Shown: positions 59,601-64,000 of the stretch, piece by piece
Position numbering within the stretch: the stretch's first letter is position 1
Layout of the letters: each line of letters begins with the position of its first letter
NCBI GenBank assembly: GCA_030390025.1
Contig: JASTWF010000171.1
Span: 310,001 to 374,000 of the forward strand
DNA: 64,000 nucleotides
Direction of reading: 5' to 3'
Source of the DNA: Squalus acanthias
Lineage: Eukaryota
Notes under the pieces: generated by a model
Told to the model about the DNA's origin: nothing
The model's input: only the letters and a program-made list of their open reading frames with translations
Database searches by the model: none
Program-made: the position numbers and the translations under genes

Positions 59601-62600
59601 TCTCACCCGAGCGGGTAACACCTCTCACCCGAGCGGGTAACACCTCTCACCCGAGCAGGTAACTCCAGCGTCCTTGCTGTGTGTGCAGTTATTGACACCC
59701 GATGGGTTGGCAGTGCACTGATCGAGGGCAGGTTCTGTCCCGTCACACCTGACATCATCCAACCAGATGGCCCCAGTCCCCTCTCCATAGTAGGCGCCTC
59801 CTGTTGCTGACAGGGCCGTCCCACAGTTCAACAGTCTGCAGACCACGCTCGCTGCATTTAGATTCCAGTCATTGTTGCAGATGGTCCCCCAGACAGATTT
59901 ACGATAGACCTCAACTCTCCCGGAGCACATGTTGGTCCCGTTCACCAGCCGTACGGGCACCGGACCTGGAATAGAGACATGAACATGGTTAATCTGGTCT
60001 GGGATTACCTGGACTTTCACTGGAGACATCGCTGGACATTTGAGCATAGGTGCCAGGATCCTCCCAATATGTAATCTGATCCCACCTGCACTAAAGCTCC
60101 AGTAACACCAGCTTTGGGAATGTCCTGCAACCCCCATCGGGGCTAATGCTGCCACCACCTGGTACTGAGGCACAAGCCCCTCGTCCAGCCAGACTCCCTC
60201 CCAGGAGACTCACTGCTCAAAGAGACCCAGGTGACAATAGCGCACACAGCACAGGCCAGGGATGGAGTCTGGGCCTTTCCTGCTCTGTGTGAGGGGCTCA
60301 GTGCCACACCAGATGAGACACTAATCCACAGAACAAATGGAACCCCTCCCTTTACCTTCACACTACTACCCCTCACTCACTATCACCGATCATAGTAGCA
60401 GGGTGGCAGTAAGGTAGCTGCCAAGACTGCTGCACTCTTCTGAGCAGGTAACACACCCGAACAGGGAACTCCACTCACCCGAGCGGGCAACTCCTCTCAC
60501 CCGAGCAGGTAACTCCTCTCACCCGAACAGGTAACTCCTCTCACCCGAACAGGTAACTCCACTCACCTGAGCAGGTAACTCCGGCGTCCTTGCTGTGTGT
60601 GCAGTTATTGACAACCAATGGGTTTGCAGAGCACTGATCGAGGGCAGGCTCTGTCCCAAGACACCTCACATCATCCAACCAGATGGCCCCAGTCCCCTGT
60701 CCATAATAGGCGCCTCCTGTTGCTGACAGGGCCTCCCCACAGTTCAACAGTCTGCAGACCACGCTCGCTGCATTTAGATCCCAACCATTGTCGCAGATGG
60801 TCCCCCAGATGGATTTACGTTTGACCTCAACTCTCCCGGAGCACATGTTGGTCCCGTTCACCAGCCGTACGGGCACCGGACCTGGAATAGAGACGGGAAC
60901 GCGGTTAATCTGGTCTGGGATTACCTGGACTTTCAATGGAGTCAACGCTGGATATTTGGGCCGAGGTGTGAGGCTGCTCCCAATATCCAGACTTATACCA
61001 CCTGCACTAATTCTCCCGTAACACCAATTTTGGGAATGCCCTGCAGCCCCATCCGGGACTAACGCTGCCACAACCTGGTATTGAGGCTCAAACACCTCAT
61101 CGAGCCTGAATCCCTCCCAGGAGACACCCTCCTCCAAGAGACCCAGGTGAGAATAGCTCACATAGCACAGGCCGGGGAATGAGCCTGGGCGTTTCCTGCT
61201 CTGTGTATGGGGCTCAGTATCACACACTGGGTGAGAACAGCTCACACAGCCCGAGCTGGGGATGGAACCATGGCCTTTCCTGCTGCGTGTGTCACGGGCT
61301 CTGTACCACACCAGCTGGGACATTTCCCCACAGAACAATTGGAGATCCTCCCTTAACCTTCACACTAATACACCTCACTCTCCCTCTCTGAACATAGCAG
61401 CAAGGCGGCAGGAAAGAAGCTGCCAACACTGCCGCGTTCACCCGAGCGGGTAACTCCTCTCACCCGAGCAGGTAACTCCGCTCACCCGAGCAGGTAACTC
61501 CGCTCACCTGAACAGGTAACTCCTCTCACCCGAGCGGGTAACTCCACTCACCCGAGCGGGTAACTCCGCTCACCCGAGCAGGTAACTCCGCTCACCCGAA
61601 CAGGTAACTCCTCTCACCCGAGCAGGTAACTCCACTCACCCGAGCGGGTAACTCCACTCACCCGAGCAGGTAACTCCACTCACCCGAGCTGGTAACTCCA
61701 CTCACCCGAGCGGGTAACTCCTCTCACCCGAGCGGGTAACTCCGCTCACTCGAGCGGGTAACTCCGCTCACCCGAGCGGGTAACTCCCCTCACCCGAGCG
61801 GGTAACTCCCCTCACTCGAGCGGGTAACTCCTCTCACACGAGCGGGTAACTCCACTCACCCGAACGGGTAACTCCTCTCACCCGAACGGGTAACTCCTCT
61901 CACCCGAGCGGGTAACTCCTCTCACCCGAGCGGGTAACTCCACTCACCCGAGCGGGTAACTCCACTCACCCGAGCGGGTAACTCCTCTCACCCGAGCGGG
62001 TAACTCCGCTCACCCGAGCGGGTAACTCCGCTCACCCGAGCGGGTAACTCCTCTCACCCGAGCGGGTAACTCCGCTCACCCGAGCGGGTAACTCCGCTCA
62101 CCCGAGCGGGTAACTCCGCTCACCCGAGCGGGTAACTCCGCTCACCCGAGCGGGTAACTCCTCTCACCCGAGCGGGTAACTCCTCTCACCCGAGCGGATA
62201 ACTCCACTCACCCGTGCGGGTAACTCCTCTCACCCGAGCGGGTAACTCCTCTCACCTGAGCAGGTAACTCCAGCGTCCTTGCTGTGTGTGCAGTTATTGA
62301 CACCCGATGGGTTGGCAGTGCACTGATCGAGGGCAGGCTCTGTCCCAAGACACCTCACATCATCCAACCAGATGTCCCCAGTCCCCTCTCCATAGTAGGC
62401 GCCTCCTGTTGCTGACAGGGCCGTCCCACAGTTCAACAGTCTGCAGACCACACTCGCTGCGTTTACATCCCAGCCATCATCGCAGACGGTCCCCCAGACA
62501 GATTTACGATAGACCTCAACTCTCCCGGAGCACATGTTGGTCCCGTTCACCAGCCGTACGGGCACTGGACCTGGAATAGAGACGGGAACACGGTTAATCT

Positions 62601-64000
62601 GGTCTGGGATTACCTGGATTTTCACTGGAGACATCGCTGGACATTTGAGCACAGGTGCCAGGATCCTCCCAATATGTAATCTGATCCCACCTGCACTAAA
62701 GCTCCAGTAACACCAGCTTTGGGAATGTCCTGCAACCCCCATCGGGGACTAACGCTGCCACCACCTGGTACTGAGGCACAAGCCCCTCGTCCAGCCAGAA
62801 TCCCTCCCAGGAGACTCACTCCTCCAAGAGACCCAGGTGACAATAGCGCACAAAGCACAGGCCACGGATGGAGCCTGGGCCTTTCCTGCTCTGTGTGAGG
62901 GGCTCAGTGCCACACCAGATGAGACACTAATCCACAGAACAATTGGAACCCCTCCCTTTACCTTCACACAAACACCCCTCACTCACTATCTCCGATCATA
63001 GTAGCAGGGTGGCAGTAAGGTAGCTGCCAAGACTGCCGTGCACTCCTGAGCAGGTTACTCACCCGAGCAGGTAACTCCGCTCACCCGAGCAGGTAACTCC
63101 ACTCACCCGAGCGGGTAACTCTGCTCACCCGATCGGGTAACTCCTCTCACCCGAGCAGGTAACTCCTCTCACCCGAGCAGGTAACTCTGCTCACCCGAGC
63201 AGGTAACCCCTCTCACCCGAGCAGGTAACTCCGCTAACCCGAGCAGGTAACCCCTCTCACCCGAGCAGGTAACTCCGCTCACCCGAGCAGGTACTCCCTC
63301 TCACCCGAGCAGGTAACTCCTCTCACCCGAGCAGGTAACTCCTCTCACCCGAGCAGGTAACTCCTCTCACCCGAGCGGGTAACTCCTCTCACCCGAGCAG
63401 GTAACTCCTCTCACCCGAGCAGGTAACTCCTCTCACCCGAGCTGTTAACTCCTCTCACCTGAGCTGGTAACTCCACTCACCCGAGCAGGTAACTCCACTC
63501 ACCCGAGCGGGTAACTCCACTCACCCGAGCGGGTAACTCCTCTCACCCGAGCGGGTAACTCCTCTCACCCGAGCGGGTAACTCCACTCACCCGAGCGGGT
63601 AACTCCTCTCACCCGAGCGGGTAACTCCACTCACCCGAGCGGGTAACTCCACTCACCCGAGCGGGTAACTCCGCTCACCCGAGCAGGTAACTCCACTCAC
63701 CCGAGCGGGTAACTCCGCTCACCCTAGCAGGGAACTGCACTCACCCGAGCGGGTAACTCCGCTCACCCTAGCAGGGAACTCCACTCACCTGAGCAGGTAA
63801 CTCCGGCGTCCTTGCTGTGTGTACAGGTATTGACACCCGATGGGTTTGCAGAGCACTGATCGAGGGCAGGCTCTGTCCCGTTACACCTCACATCATCCAA
63901 CCAGATGTCCCCAGTCCCCTTTCCATAGTAGGCGCCTCCTGTAGCTGACAGGGCCGTCCCACAGTTCAACAGTCTGCAGACCACACTCGCTGCGTTTAGA
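44368..64000 (-). CDS. Multi-domain group-B SRCR gene (DMBT1/CD163/WC1-like); at least 9 single-domain exons, both gene ends not visible
   Basis: Eight complete 315-bp phase-1 exons plus one partial, each VRLVNG..C.GRVEV....WGT.CD..W....A.VVCR.L.CG...IWLDDV.C.G.E..L.QC......NC.H..DAGVTCS. Confidence 0.92.
45151..49866 (+). mobile_element. Near full-length decayed CR1 LINE
   Basis: ORF1 zinc finger (CTSCGMW..HVCRKC) and esterase; ORF2 APE and RT with stops and frameshifts; (ATGACTCT)n tail. Confidence 0.92.
46772..47537. mobile_element. PIF/Harbinger-like MITE, 766 bp
   Basis: 17-bp TIRs (16/17 match) GGGCCAGAAATTCGGCT / AGCCGAATTTCTGCCCC and 3-bp TSD ATA. Removal restores CR1 CKSY|RVVILGDFN. 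Confidence 0.9.
50760..51436 (-). repeat. 22-bp exon-end/splice-donor array; same family at 43984-44367, 52495-52864, 54318-55531, 57305-58014, 59474-59650, 60440-60566, 61438-62255, 63047-63788
   Basis: Minus-strand unit GTGAG[T/A/C]GGAGTTACC[C/T]GCTCGG equals the donor plus the last 16 nt of the SRCR exon. Confidence 0.97.
51437..51751 (-). CDS. SRCR exon B
   Basis: 315 bp, 8 Cys, AG/GT borders. Confidence 0.92.
51880..52368 (-). mobile_element. CR1 3' fragment (duplicated at ~55975-56448)
   Basis: HRRLRGDLIEVFEMIKGFDR in both copies at the same intron position. Confidence 0.85.
52865..53179 (-). CDS. SRCR exon C
   Basis: 315 bp, 8 Cys. Confidence 0.92.
53477..54073 (-). mobile_element. 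L2 LINE 3' fragment
   Basis: LADLHWLPVKQRFDFKILVLVFKSLHDLAPPYL and a (TTG)n tail. Confidence 0.88.
55532..55846 (-). CDS. SRCR exon D
   Basis: 315 bp, 8 Cys. Confidence 0.92.
56490..57305. repeat. 21-bp minisatellite AGAGACCTGG[G/A]CTAGTCACCC, about 38 units
   Basis: Direct reading; only a few diverged units at the paralogous site ~52400-52490. Confidence 0.95.
58015..58329 (-). CDS. SRCR exon E (second Cys replaced by Ser)
   Basis: 315 bp; WGTVSDNGW. Confidence 0.9.
58726..59310 (+). mobile_element. CR1 3' fragment
   Basis: LYRALVSPHLEYCVQFWSPY through (TTTCTATG)n tail; absent from the paralogous intron at ~61275. Confidence 0.92.
59651..59965 (-). CDS. SRCR exon F
   Basis: 315 bp, 8 Cys. 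Confidence 0.92.
60567..60881 (-). CDS. SRCR exon G
   Basis: 315 bp, 8 Cys. Confidence 0.92.
62256..62570 (-). CDS. SRCR exon H
   Basis: 315 bp, 8 Cys. Confidence 0.92.
63789..64000 (-). CDS. SRCR exon I (partial, cut by window end)
   Basis: Visible 212 bp read identical to exon C. Confidence 0.9.

Noticed and set aside
19143-63788. CRISPR-like appearance of the arrays
   Set aside because: No unique spacers, no cas genes, vertebrate context

Overview
Vertebrate genomic DNA, almost certainly a shark or other elasmobranch (HE1-type V-SINEs, a DeuSINE, CR1/L2/Penelope elements, shark-type MHC class I leader). Left to right: (1) the 3' part of an LTR element (1-3549). It has a splice acceptor, a signal-peptide-bearing env split by one G-run frameshift, a PPT and a 3' LTR, and the Env looks like a Mononegavirales-F-type (lokiretrovirus-like) fusion protein. 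(2) A TE-rich block with a near-intact CR1 nested in a Harbinger-like MITE, plus a 19-bp minisatellite. (3) A complete, intact MHC class I heavy-chain gene on + (X-Y promoter module, 7 coding exons, 17338-35968, 343 aa) with non-classical peptide-anchor substitutions and introns inflated by minisatellites. (4) An intronless MROH1-like pseudogene. (5) After an N gap, at least nine 315-bp group-B SRCR exons on - (DMBT1/CD163/WC1-like). Each SRCR exon is followed by a 22-bp array that is a tandem copy of the exon end plus its splice donor. Most long ORFs in the supplied track are tandem-repeat artefacts. All calls are by eye; no database searches were run.
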